DNA of 64,000 nucleotides. Origin: an uncultured Methanosarcinaceae archaeon. GTDB lineage: Archaea > Halobacteriota > Methanosarcinia > Methanosarcinales > Methanosarcinaceae. Of this stretch, positions 50,651 to 60,529 are shown piece by piece (the first letter of the stretch is position 1; every line of letters starts with the position of its first letter). A model generated the notes under the pieces. That model was not told the origin of the DNA. It did no database searches and was given only the letters and a program-made list of their open reading frames with translations. The stretch spans positions 544,001 to 608,000 of the forward strand of contig CAWJYV010000007.1 in assembly GCA_963847185.1 (NCBI GenBank), written 5' to 3'. The position numbers and the translations under genes are program-made.

Positions 50651-51835
50651 GTGCAAAAATTAATTAACCCCAATAAAAGGCGAAAAGAACCGAACTTTCT
50701 TCTAATTATTTCAGTTCTGACTTTGACTTTACTTGCAATTTCTCCTGTAGCCGTATCCGCTAGCAAGCTGGAGTTATCCTTTCCTCCAGAGGTGGGGCAT
50801 GTTCTGGGAAATGTATCTTTGGAAGTCCTGGAGAATGCGGGGAACTCAGTAGTTGCTCCTAATCCACAGGAAAGTTTTGGGCCCTCAAAAGAAATAGAGT
50901 TATACACTGATCTAGTTTATGTTGGAGCTGGATTTGGGGCATTAATTTTAATTTTACTAATTTATTTATATATGACTTCGAGGAGTTCTCAGTCTTCAAA
51001 AAAACCTCTTAAATGCTCCGATTCGCTTAAAATATGGCCGACATTACATAAAACAAACAGAGAAAATTCCAGAATGCGGAAACTTAGGATCTTTACCGGA
51101 ATTCCAATTCTGTGCATAATCGGTGCCGAACTCCTTATCTTTTCCGGGAGAATTGGAGTAGCTGTCTGGGTACATATCGGAATCCTGATAGCTCTTTCAC
51201 TTTCCAATATGTTCATAAAAGATCGGGAAATCCACAAAATACATCAGGCCCTAATGCTTCTTCCAGTCCTGAGACTTATAAACCTTTCAATGCCTGTATT
51301 TTTTGAGACCACTCTTTATACGTTTATTTTCATTTATGGTCCGCTGGCAATTCCTGTCGGAGTTATGGTAATCCACCAACGGAATTCCCTTGAGCAGATC
51401 GGAATTTCTATGAAGAATATTGTAGTCTACATGATTCTCTCAATCCCCATAGGTTTTCTGCTGGGACTAGGGGAATATATGACCATTAAGACAGGGTCTC
51501 TGATCCCTGATCTTACTTTCGGAAACCTGCTTAAACTAACTATTGTTATGGTTTTCTTTGTAGGCCTGATTGAAGAACTTATTTTCAGATCAATCCTCCA
51601 AACTACACTTGAAGAAGCCCTGAATGTGCAGGAAGCTCTGTTGATTACAAGTATCATGTTTGGATTAATGCACTCAGGATATGGTACCTTCTACGAAATT
51701 CTCTATACTGGTTTTGTAGGATTTATAATGGGTCTTGCTTTCTACAAAACCAGAAGTCTACCCTTCATCGCAGTTCTGCACGGTTTTGTCAATGTTTTCC
51801 TGTTTGGAATCCTTCCTCATTATTTTGGTGGCTGA
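50651..51835 (+). CDS. CPBP intramembrane glutamic endopeptidase with an N-terminal signal-peptide/TM extension
   Basis: EELIFR, FGLMH, HGFVN; GTG start after AGGAG (alternative ATG at 50615). Confidence 0.88.
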   Translation: MQKLINPNKRRKEPNFLLIISVLTLTLLAISPVAVSASKLELSFPPEVGHVLGNVSLEVLENAGNSVVAPNPQESFGPSKEIELYTDLVYVGAGFGALILILLIYLYMTSRSSQSSKKPLKCSDSLKIWPTLHKTNRENSRMRKLRIFTGIPILCIIGAELLIFSGRIGVAVWVHIGILIALSLSNMFIKDREIHKIHQALMLLPVLRLINLSMPVFFETTLYTFIFIYGPLAIPVGVMVIHQRNSLEQIGISMKNIVVYMILSIPIGFLLGLGEYMTIKTGSLIPDLTFGNLLKLTIVMVFFVGLIEELIFRSILQTTLEEALNVQEALLITSIMFGLMHSGYGTFYEILYTGFVGFIMGLAFYKTRSLPFIAVLHGFVNVFLFGILPHYFGG

Positions 51836-52126
51836 TAACATTAATCCTGACATGCCTGAGAGGAGAATGTGACCTTAAAAGAGAAAAAATATGAATAATG
51901 TTCCAAAATTATTTTTTTCTATGATCTCTTCATGTAGGTGGCTTATGTTGAGTAAGATTATGTTCTGTGGATTTCCATAGAATATCATAGATCTCATCTA
52001 ATTATATAATTCTAACTTTATAATTCAAATATAATATTAGTTTCGTGACAGACTCAAACAGAAATTCGTGCGAATTAAAAGTTCTCTCTAAAATTGATAC
52101 TATAAAAAAGAAAGCCGAATTCGTAA

Positions 52127-53122
52127 TTAAAAATCAATGAAAGGAACCAGATCACAGCCTGTGCATTTAAGGCACATGGTCATTGCAAGTTCAGGATTAA
52201 GTTCATATTTCTTAAGTATTTCAGCTTCAATTTTTGCAAGCTTTAGTAACCTCTCAGGGGAGGGTCGTTCAGTAAAACAATCTCCAGCCCTTAGAGGGTG
52301 TGGGTTCACCGGACGAAGGATAGGAATCACTCCCATTTTTGCAAGTTTTTCAACCCCTTCCTGGACAGATACGTCACTTTCCCCAAGTCCGATTATAAAG
52401 TTACTGAAAACCCTGTTCTTTCCAAAAACTTCTACAGCTTCCTTAAGTTTGTCTAGGATGTAATCAAGTGATAGATCTCCACAAACCTTTTTGAAGATTT
52501 CTCTGTCCATAGTTTCGATGTTGTATTTTACTTCGGAAACGCCTGATTCATAGAATTTTCTGGAACAGCCTGATGTTGGATATACTGAAACTCCAATAGG
52601 GACATTGTATTTTTTAAGGGTAGGAAGCAGTTTGAGCACACGATCTACTTCTCCTTCCACTGAAGTTTCAACTCCAGAAGTAAGGGAAATGGCTTTAAGA
52701 TTTCCTGTTTTTAATACTTCATCAACAATACTCATAACCTCTTTCTCACTTTTTACATGCCCGTGTAATTTGGGTACAGGGCAGTATTTACAGTCAAATA
52801 TGCACCTTTCACAAAGGGTTATGAAAGCCTGCTCAGGGCAGTGAGCAAGGGCAGGTTCAAGTTTTCCCCTAACGAGCTCCTGTCCCTCATAGAGGAGTTC
52901 AACATTCCCTCCACCCTCTGTTTCTTGAATGGAAAGGGGAGATTCCTTATTTATACTAAGCCTTACTCTTTTTCCTCCTGTCTTGAAGAAAACAGAGCCT
53001 GTGCCTGCTCCAGGGCCTGCAGTAGAGCCCCTAGTCCGTGGAACAAGGGAAGAGTCTACGGAAACCGAACCTATCGAAATCAAGAACGCCTTCAATTCCG
53101 GTGTAATTGGTTTGCTTTGCAT
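52127..53122 (-). CDS. Radical SAM protein (biotin-synthase-like fold, function unknown)
   Basis: CIFDCKYC motif; C-terminal CLKCTGC. Confidence 0.88.
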   Translation of the reverse strand: MQSKPITPELKAFLISIGSVSVDSSLVPRTRGSTAGPGAGTGSVFFKTGGKRVRLSINKESPLSIQETEGGGNVELLYEGQELVRGKLEPALAHCPEQAFITLCERCIFDCKYCPVPKLHGHVKSEKEVMSIVDEVLKTGNLKAISLTSGVETSVEGEVDRVLKLLPTLKKYNVPIGVSVYPTSGCSRKFYESGVSEVKYNIETMDREIFKKVCGDLSLDYILDKLKEAVEVFGKNRVFSNFIIGLGESDVSVQEGVEKLAKMGVIPILRPVNPHPLRAGDCFTERPSPERLLKLAKIEAEILKKYELNPELAMTMCLKCTGCDLVPFIDF

Positions 53123-53377
53123 GCAAATGTTCCTCGTATTGTTTTTCTGTAGTTCTAACCTTTTCTTTCATCTTCACTGAGATGTATATAAATTCTTCTG
53201 TTGATATAATTTAAATTGTTGACTGTCAGATTAGAAACAGGGAGAATTTCATTGGCCGTATATTTGTCTGATTCTGCTTGAAAAAAGTGTTATTTTTCAC
53301 TTAAAGTGTAAATCAGCACATATAAATAAATAAAAAACAATTTAAAGTTTCAGATAAATCAAGGAGGAATAGAAATC

Positions 53378-53896
53378 TTGTTTAAAAAGTGGTTTATACT
53401 ACTTATAGTGCTTTCCTGCACTATTTTTGCTGTTTCTTCGGGTTGCAGCGAAAGTGGAGAAGACAAAAATACAGATACAGTCGGAAATAGTGAGGAAAGT
53501 GATTCTGCAAATACAGTTGAAGAGAATAAAGAAGGCTCCTCTGGAAATTCAGTGGAGGATATGAAAGTGGAGTCAAGTGGAAACTCTGATGACTGGTGCC
53601 CTGTAGGCTCTTCCTGGAAAACAAAAAACCCTCAGACAGGGGAAGAGGTCACCATGAAAGTTGTAGGATCCGAAACTATTGACGGAGTAAAGATGTGCAA
53701 AGCCGTTTACGAAACTAATTCCGAAGACGAAGATTTTTCCAAAGTAGAATATCTGTGGTCTGAAGACGGAAATACCTTCTTCTGGACTGCATATAACGAA
53801 TCCGGAGAAAAAGTTTCCGAATTCAGCATGAAAGATGGTAAAATGAAGACTGTCGATCAAGAAGGCAACGTAATGGAATATAGCCAGAATTCATAA
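53378..53896 (+). CDS. Putative acidic lipoprotein
   Basis: GGAGG RBS, TTG start, signal peptide ending SSGC, S/E/N-rich linker, WCPVG domain. Confidence 0.75.
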   Translation: MFKKWFILLIVLSCTIFAVSSGCSESGEDKNTDTVGNSEESDSANTVEENKEGSSGNSVEDMKVESSGNSDDWCPVGSSWKTKNPQTGEEVTMKVVGSETIDGVKMCKAVYETNSEDEDFSKVEYLWSEDGNTFFWTAYNESGEKVSEFSMKDGKMKTVDQEGNVMEYSQNS

Positions 53897-54335
53897 AAAG
53901 AGTGTAAGATCTATCTTTCTTTCTGCTAACTGATAATTTACGATTTTTCCTATTCTGCAAATGTAGAAAAACGGAGTATGTTAAAGGAAATCCAAAAATT
54001 TCCTTGTTTTTTCTTAAAATTGGCTATTTACCTTATTAGCGCCATTTCCTTAATTTTATTTAACCATAATTTTTGTAACTTTTACATTTACTTTATTCCT
54101 TAGATTAACTAACGAATTTTAATGAGATATTTAGATATTTTTTAATAGCTTCTCCAGTTTTCTGCTTTTTTTGAATTTTAACCTGGATCAAGAATTTACT
54201 TATATTTATAAATCTGATATATCTATAATATAAGGTTAAACTAATATATTAAAAATATATGAATATCTTAACACTTTAAAACTAGAATAACATTAAGTGT
54301 TAAAAATATTATATATTTTGAGCACATAGTAGAAC

Positions 54336-54530
54336 TTGCGTTCTCATCCTTTCAACACCCCACTAGTAATATCTACTCCACAAATAAGGGGGCAAAACGG
54401 AAAGTAGAGGATTAAACACAGCTAAACTCGCAGCCCGTAAGCCCAGTATCTCAGTATCTCTTCCCAGACAAAAATAATAAGCATCTCTTTATACCGTTCG
54501 GAACTTCCAGGTTTTTGGATGAGGGCGCAA
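54336..54530 (+). ncRNA. Candidate structured small RNA
   Basis: Terminal 14-bp stem TTGCGTTCTCATCC / GGATGAGGGCGCAA with 2 G-U pairs; upstream TTATATAT box; downstream T-rich tract. Confidence 0.45.
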
Positions 54531-54590
54531 ATTTATTTTCAAGTTTTTACAATAGTTCATAGTCTCTGTTCTTCTTTTCCATCAGCTAGC

Positions 54591-54626
54591 CTTTCAGGAT
54601 AGTCTTAACTTTCAGGATAGTCTTAA
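54591..54626. repeat. Perfect 18-bp tandem duplication
   Basis: CTTTCAGGATAGTCTTAA x2. Confidence 0.85.
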
Positions 54627-54750
54627 TAATGGAAAAATAATCCTGTTTAATTCCTTTCCTAGAATCTTCATAAATTAATCCTGCTGAGGAGTTTTACTGT
54701 CAATTTTTTCGTCCACTCTTGTTAATAAAAACTAATTTTTACTTGCTTAC

Positions 54751-54861
54751 AAGTTAGTCCTCTTGAGCGCAGCGAAAAGGACCTCGTGCTCCCGAAGCGA
54801 AACTCGGGAAGCGAAACTCGGGAAGCAAAATTCGGGAAGCAAAATTCGGGAAGCGAAAAGG
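54751..54861 (+). repeat. Dispersed hairpin repeat with a 14-bp tandem expansion
   Basis: AAGTTAGTCCTCTTGAGCG...AGGAC followed by GAAGC(G/A)AAA(C/T)TCGG x ~4.5 (54794-54861). Confidence 0.8.
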
Positions 54862-54983
54862 ATGTCTAGATCCCTTATGCAGAACTTGGGCAGCGTTGCC
54901 AATTTTATATATCAGGAAATAGATTATATTGATCAAGCTATCTGAAAAGAAATTTTTTGCAAAACAAAAAAGGAAAGAAAAAA

Positions 54984-56045
54984 ATGCAAATAATGATAAT
55001 AGGGGGTTTTCTCGGAAGCGGGAAGACAACTACAATATTGAAAATCAGCAGGCAACTCCGGGACGCAGGAAAACGGGTTGCAATCATTGTGAATGAGATA
55101 GGTGACATAGGACTTGATGGAGATATCCTCGCAAATCCAGGTATTGCAACTGAGGAATTAACGAGCGGATGCATCTGTTGTACACTTAGAATCAGCATGC
55201 AGTATACTCTCCAGACTCTTGAGGAAGAGTTTAAACCTGACGTTGTTATTATTGAGCCAACGGGTATTGCCTTCCCGGGACAGATTCGAGAGGAAATCGA
55301 CACAATGGGGCTTTCCGACCTCTCCTTCTCTCCGATAGTGACTCTTGTAGACCCTGGCCGGTTCGGGACTGAAGCAAAAGAGATTCCTAAATTTGTCGAG
55401 ACGCAGATAAAGGAAGCTGAAATTCTCTGCATAAATAAAATAGATATAACGCCTGTAGAAATTGTAAATTCTACAGAAAAAATGCTTCTTGAGATAAATC
55501 CTGAAGCAAAGACTCTGAAATTTTCGGCAAAACTTGGAGACAAGATATTTGAAAGTTTGCTTCTCTATCTTGCGGTTCCAGGTCTTAAGAAAATTTGTGA
55601 AGAAATTAAAAACTCAATAGAGCTTTCAGAAGTTTCGGCCTACTCAGTTCTGTATTCCTTCAAATCGGGAACTTTTAATCCTGAGAAAGGCATGAACTTC
55701 GTAGAAGAAAACCTGTTAATTATTCAGCAAAGAATTACGGAAATCAACCCTGAATTTGTAGGGCATGTCAAGCTTTCCCTAAAACTTCTTGAGTCTACGG
55801 TAAAAGGCAGTGTGACTTCCTCTAAAGAAGCTCCTCTGGTAGAACTTTTACAGGATAGGAAAAATGAAAAAATCGAACTCAGATTGCTCTCCGCAATTAC
55901 AAGAGTTCCCAAAAATAAACTTACAGAAATTGTAGAGGGCACTCTCGAAGAAAAACTTGGGGAGTCAGGAATCATTTTTGGAAAAAAGATAAAAATGGAT
56001 GCCAACAAGGAGTTAATAACGAACTTCACAGTGAAAACTAAATAG
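54984..56045 (+). CDS. CobW/COG0523-family P-loop metallochaperone GTPase
   Basis: GGFLGSGKTT, VNEIG, GCICC, EPTG, NKID. Confidence 0.88.
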   Translation: MQIMIIGGFLGSGKTTTILKISRQLRDAGKRVAIIVNEIGDIGLDGDILANPGIATEELTSGCICCTLRISMQYTLQTLEEEFKPDVVIIEPTGIAFPGQIREEIDTMGLSDLSFSPIVTLVDPGRFGTEAKEIPKFVETQIKEAEILCINKIDITPVEIVNSTEKMLLEINPEAKTLKFSAKLGDKIFESLLLYLAVPGLKKICEEIKNSIELSEVSAYSVLYSFKSGTFNPEKGMNFVEENLLIIQQRITEINPEFVGHVKLSLKLLESTVKGSVTSSKEAPLVELLQDRKNEKIELRLLSAITRVPKNKLTEIVEGTLEEKLGESGIIFGKKIKMDANKELITNFTVKTK

Positions 56046-56132
56046 GCAGGGGTCATACTGCTTAAAATCGAAAACTAATAATCACATTTAGTCTTTTCGG
56101 AACTTTTAAAAAGTCTGAGTTCAATCATAAAA

Positions 56133-56459
56133 ATGATACGGAGTTTTGACATGAACGAGGAAATAGACGAACTTGACGCTTATTTCAGCAAAAAAGGAGA
56201 GCCAACTGAAGGAGAAGTTGTCAAAATGGAACATGTGATGATGGAAAAAATTTCCATAAATCCCGCAAGAAGAAAGCTTTTAAGAATAGTTGGGGTCTTT
56301 GGGAAGACTGAGAAACAGTTAAAAGAAGAATCAGGATTAAACGATTTCTTCTACAAGTTCAATATGGATTTCCTGCTCAAAGAGGAACTCCTTAAATTCG
56401 AAGACGGGATGTATCGGCTTACAGATGCGGGAATTGCGTTGCACGACTCTGTATGTTGA
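56133..56459 (+). CDS. Hypothetical protein, possible winged-helix fold
   Basis: NPARRKLL...YRLTDAG pattern; start may be the ATG at 56151. Confidence 0.65.
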   Translation: MIRSFDMNEEIDELDAYFSKKGEPTEGEVVKMEHVMMEKISINPARRKLLRIVGVFGKTEKQLKEESGLNDFFYKFNMDFLLKEELLKFEDGMYRLTDAGIALHDSVC

Positions 56460-56697
56460 ATAAAATATTATAATATTTTTTCCTTATTTTATATCCCCTT
56501 CAATAATATATTTTTGACAGTCTGCACCTTACCCACATCCTGTTTTTGAAGTCTTCCTTTTGCTAAAAAGCGATAAGTTTTTATGTTTATCTGGTGAATG
56601 CGTTATGACTAAACTTATCGGTATTCTATGGAAGTTTCAAAACGCTCTATCCAATTTCCAGATACATATCGAGCAACAAAAAGGAGTGTGAAGAAAT

Positions 56698-56880
56698 ATG
56701 CCAGCATTAGTTAATGCAGATGAATGTTCAGGATGTGGAACCTGTATCGATGAATGTCCCTCTGAAGCAATTACCCTTGATGAAGAAAAGGGACTTGCAG
56801 TTGTCGACCAGGATGAATGTGTAGAGTGCGGTGCATGTGAAGAAGCATGCCCGAATCAGGCAATCAAGGTACAAGAGTAA
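56698..56880 (+). CDS. 2x[4Fe-4S] ferredoxin
   Basis: [12 protein letters not shown] and [12 protein letters not shown]; AGGAG RBS. Confidence 0.95.
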   Translation: MPALVNADECSGCGTCIDECPSEAITLDEEKGLAVVDQDECVECGACEEACPNQAIKVQE

Positions 56881-56893
56881 AACGGGAATTAAT

Positions 56894-56933
56894 ATGGAAT
56901 AATCTTTTTATTCCATTTTTCTTTTTCCTTTTT
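56894..56933 (+). terminator. Hairpin plus T-tract after ferredoxin
   Basis: ATGGAATAA-TCTT-TTATTCCAT followed by TTTCTTTTTCCTTTTT. Confidence 0.55.
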
Positions 56934-56971
56934 ACAAAACATTTCTTATCTCTCCGGAGGTAGCTTTTTAG

Positions 56972-58000
56972 ATGGTAGCAGTTAAAGCGGGTATTTTAGG
57001 CGCCACAGGCGCTGTCGGGCAAAGATTTGTAGAAGCACTGGCAAACCATCCATGGTTTGAGATAACAGCCCTTGCAGCATCAGAAAGGAGCGCCGGCAAA
57101 ACATACAAAGAAGCGGCAGGCTGGCGATTAGATACAGCAATGCCGGAAAGCGTTGAAAATATAGAAGTTGTTCCAGTAGACCCGAGTGCCGTTGATGCGG
57201 ACGTGGTCTTTTCTGCCCTTCCTGCAGATCTTGCCGTCACAGTGGAGCCTGCTTTTGCAAAAGCCGGATTTGCAGTGGCAAGTAATGCTTCATCTTACAG
57301 GATGGAAAAGGATATCCCTCTGGTAATTCCTGAGGTAAATCCCGAACATCTTGGGCTCCTTGATGTTCAGCAGGACACACGGGGCTGGGACGGGTATATT
57401 ATCACAAACCCAAACTGCTCCACAATTGTCATGACCATTACATTAAAGCCTCTTATGAAGTTCGGACTCGAAACCGTGCAGGTAGCCACGATGCAGGCTA
57501 TTTCCGGAGCGGGTTTTTCCGGAGTTCCTGCTATGGCAATATACGACAATATCATTCCTTACATCGGAAGCGAAGAGAATAAAATGGAAACAGAGACTTT
57601 AAAACTCCTTGGGGAATTTAACGGCTCTGAAATCGTGCCTGCAGACTTGGAGGTAAGTGCATCCTGTCACAGAGTCCCTGTCGTTGACGGGCACACAGAA
57701 GCTATCTGGGCTGGGATGAGAGACATGCCAACTCCGGAAGAAGTGAGGGAGGCTTTCCTCAAATTTGACCCTAAATTGGGAGAACTTCCTTCCGAACCTA
57801 AAAAAGCCCTGATAGTCAGAGACGAAGTCGACAGACCTCAGCCACGCCTTGATCGCAACATGGGAAAAGGCATGAGCGTCTCGGTGGGCCGCATAAGAGA
57901 AGGAATTCGTTACATTGCAATGGGGCACAACACTATCCGCGGAGCCGCAGGAGCAAGTGTCCTGAATGCAGAGCTTCTTCATTCCATGGGTAAACTCTGA
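56972..58000 (+). CDS. asd: Aspartate-semialdehyde dehydrogenase
   Basis: [32 protein letters not shown]. Confidence 0.96.
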   Translation: MVAVKAGILGATGAVGQRFVEALANHPWFEITALAASERSAGKTYKEAAGWRLDTAMPESVENIEVVPVDPSAVDADVVFSALPADLAVTVEPAFAKAGFAVASNASSYRMEKDIPLVIPEVNPEHLGLLDVQQDTRGWDGYIITNPNCSTIVMTITLKPLMKFGLETVQVATMQAISGAGFSGVPAMAIYDNIIPYIGSEENKMETETLKLLGEFNGSEIVPADLEVSASCHRVPVVDGHTEAIWAGMRDMPTPEEVREAFLKFDPKLGELPSEPKKALIVRDEVDRPQPRLDRNMGKGMSVSVGRIREGIRYIAMGHNTIRGAAGASVLNAELLHSMGKL

Positions 58001-58188
58001 ATCTTTGGTGAATGGAATTGATAGGAATGAAAAATAAAAGTCTAGAGCCCGGTAAAAGGCTGGAAGTTTAGACTTTTACTTCCAATTTCTTTTTTTAAAT
58101 TATTTTTAATCCATTGAACTTTTAGTAATTAAAAAAGCACTATTTTTATAATTATACCTCTAATATTATCTTTTGTTCTTTCTGAGTT

Positions 58189-59379
58189 TCAGGCAAAAAC
58201 CTTTCTTGCCGCTTCCTCTGCTCTTCTGATTACTTCTTTTAGAGGAACGCCGCTATTTTTCGCTACTTTTTTGCAGTCCTCAAATTCGGCTGAGATATTG
58301 AGCAAGACACCTTCAGAATCTCTGGCTATCTTGACTGAGATTTCATAGATCTGCCCTTCTACCTCAAGTTTAATCATTTCGATTTTTCGGGCAGCCATAA
58401 GCCTGTGCCGGGTAGGAATTACCCTTACGCCTAGAGAGCCAGTTTCGGTAATGATTTTCCGGGCAAGTTTCGCACTATCTTCGGGTTTTGCAATAACCTT
58501 AATGATATGGGCAGGTCTTCCTTTTTTCATCGTTGCAGGGATTATTGCAACATCTCTTGCTCCCATAGAGAGAAGCTCTTCAAAAAGATTGCCTAAAACT
58601 TCTCCACTAACATCGTCGGCATTGGTCTCAAGCACTTCAATCATGTCTGGAACCAGGCAGGAATCAAGTTCAGATATTATTCCCTGAAGCACATTGGGTC
58701 CAGCCAGCTCGGCATCTCCTGCTCCGTAGCCTATTGAAATTACTCTGCCCTGAGGAAAAGTTTCCACTGACCTTGCAAAATGGGAGAGGATAGCAGCTCC
58801 TGTAGGAGTAAGGAGTTCTTTTTTTTCACTGCCGCCTCTAAAATAGAGTTTCCCCTTCTTGAGAAGCTCAAGAGTAGCCGGAGCAGGCACAGGCAGAGTT
58901 CCATGTGCACATTCTATTGTTCCACTTCCCACATTGATAGGGGTACAGTAAATAGAGTCGCAGTTGAGAGAGTGGATGGCTGCCGAAGAGCCAATAACAT
59001 CCGCAAGGGCATCACTCTGCCCTACCTCATGGAAATGAAGTTTTTCAAGGTCAGATTGCCCGTGGACTGAAGATTCGGCTTCTGCCATCTTTAAAAAGAT
59101 ATCCAGAGCGCTTGCCTCCACTCTGGGGGGTAATTTCGCCTCCCTCACAAGATCCACGAGTTCCGGATATGTGCGCACATGTTCTTTTTCAGGCAAATTT
59201 ATCCGGATGTCCAGAGCTTTAATTCCTTTTTTCACAACTTCTTTCATTTCTACGGATACTGGTGCGGAAGCTTCTATCAGTTCTTTAACCTCTTTCCTGT
59301 CAGCTCCAAGGTCCAGTGTACATCCGAGAATCATATCCCCTGCTGCCCCTGAAAACGGATTGAATACAAGTGCTTTCAT
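58189..59379 (-). CDS. larC: Nickel pincer cofactor biosynthesis protein LarC
   Basis: SGAAGDM, HFHEVG, HGTLPVPAPAT, TPTGAA, ETNADD, MKKGRP. Confidence 0.9.
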   Translation of the reverse strand: MKALVFNPFSGAAGDMILGCTLDLGADRKEVKELIEASAPVSVEMKEVVKKGIKALDIRINLPEKEHVRTYPELVDLVREAKLPPRVEASALDIFLKMAEAESSVHGQSDLEKLHFHEVGQSDALADVIGSSAAIHSLNCDSIYCTPINVGSGTIECAHGTLPVPAPATLELLKKGKLYFRGGSEKKELLTPTGAAILSHFARSVETFPQGRVISIGYGAGDAELAGPNVLQGIISELDSCLVPDMIEVLETNADDVSGEVLGNLFEELLSMGARDVAIIPATMKKGRPAHIIKVIAKPEDSAKLARKIITETGSLGVRVIPTRHRLMAARKIEMIKLEVEGQIYEISVKIARDSEGVLLNISAEFEDCKKVAKNSGVPLKEVIRRAEEAARKVFA

Positions 59380-59417
59380 AAAGACCCCTTTCTGTTTCGT
59401 TTCCAATTACTTCCAGT

Positions 59418-60224
59418 TTATTCTTCTTCATGCTTCGTTTTTTCATCCTTGCAATGTGCTCTGGCAGCTGCAATCATGTTTGCTATTCTGGCAGCATACG
59501 CTCCTGCAACAAAACCTGCATCAATATTCACTACTGCAAGGGTCGAACAGGATTGGAGCATCGCCAGCAAGGCAGCCTTTCCTCCACCACCTGCTCCGTA
59601 ACCCGTAGATACAGGAAGCCCGATCACAGGTACATCAACAAGTCCCGAAACAATCGTAGGGAGCGTCCCTTCCCTTCCGGCCGCAACAACAACTGCTCCT
59701 GGATTCACGGCTTTTAACTTCTGGATTTCGGGAATGAGTCTGTGGATTCCTGCGACCCCTACGTCATATACAGCAACAGTTTCACATCCCATCTCGGAAG
59801 CTACAACCCTGGCCTCTTCTGCAGCCGGAATGTCTGCCGTGCCTGCAGAAATAATCCCTATAACTCCTCCTGTTTTAGGGGCAGGAGTACCGTCATGGAC
59901 AACAACTGTACGGGCTCGGCTGTTCCACTCAATCTTATCGTCGCCAAATGTTGCCTTCAGGGCTTCTAGGTGCTTTGTAGAGACACGGGTAACCAGGGCT
60001 CTTTTGCTCTGTGAAACCATGACTCTGGCAATTTCCGCCACATCCTCAGGTTCTTTGCAGTCGGCAAGGATAGCTTCGACTACTCCTGTCCTGCTTTTTC
60101 TATGGGAATCAAGTTTTGCAATGTCTGAATAGGAGACAAAACCAAGGCCACGGGCCTGATGTTCCGCAGTCTCAATATCCATTTTTCCGTCTTTAACAGC
60201 TCTTAGTATATCAGTAAGATCCAT
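59418..60224 (-). CDS. larB: Nickel pincer cofactor biosynthesis protein LarB
   Basis: SAGTADIPAAEEA, DVGVAGIHRL, AGREGTLP, STGYG, VVNIDAGF. Confidence 0.92.
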   Translation of the reverse strand: MDLTDILRAVKDGKMDIETAEHQARGLGFVSYSDIAKLDSHRKSRTGVVEAILADCKEPEDVAEIARVMVSQSKRALVTRVSTKHLEALKATFGDDKIEWNSRARTVVVHDGTPAPKTGGVIGIISAGTADIPAAEEARVVASEMGCETVAVYDVGVAGIHRLIPEIQKLKAVNPGAVVVAAGREGTLPTIVSGLVDVPVIGLPVSTGYGAGGGGKAALLAMLQSCSTLAVVNIDAGFVAGAYAARIANMIAAARAHCKDEKTKHEEE

Positions 60225-60529
60225 GTACCACCCTGCACCGAAAAATTACGTGCTTTAGTAATAAACAGGTTAAATATCAAGTTAAACAATAATTATTAGT
60301 TAGAGGCTCTTTAGAGTTTCGCGTATGCTTATATAAGTTTGATTTTCAGATTACTTGGGTTGTTGCTTTGCAATTTGAGGTAGAAATTCAAAATTCTAAA
60401 GCTGGATGACTAAAATTAACTGAATTTGATGAAGCCTCGAAAAGTGGAGATATTGTTTAATCTTTAAATAAAGTTAGCTTAAACAATATCTTTATTTTGT
60501 CTTTTCGGCACTTCGAATCGTTCTCGCTC

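Noticed and set aside
50899-50975. LYTD + TM similarity between the CPBP extension and small protein A
   Set aside because: Only four identical residues; the family motifs (KE/RD, MGIxPLL) are absent.
54794-54861. Short direct repeats resembling a CRISPR array
   Set aside because: The 14-bp units are contiguous with no spacers and there are no cas genes; this is a tandem expansion inside a dispersed repeat.
54754-55543. ORFs 54754-55029, 54763-54945 and 54938-55543
   Set aside because: They are translations of the tandem repeat or antisense shadows of the GTPase.
56043-56078. Pyrrolysine read-through of the GTPase TAG stop (also the TAG at 27440)
   Set aside because: In-frame extensions are only ~10 and ~25 codons, with no recognisable domain.
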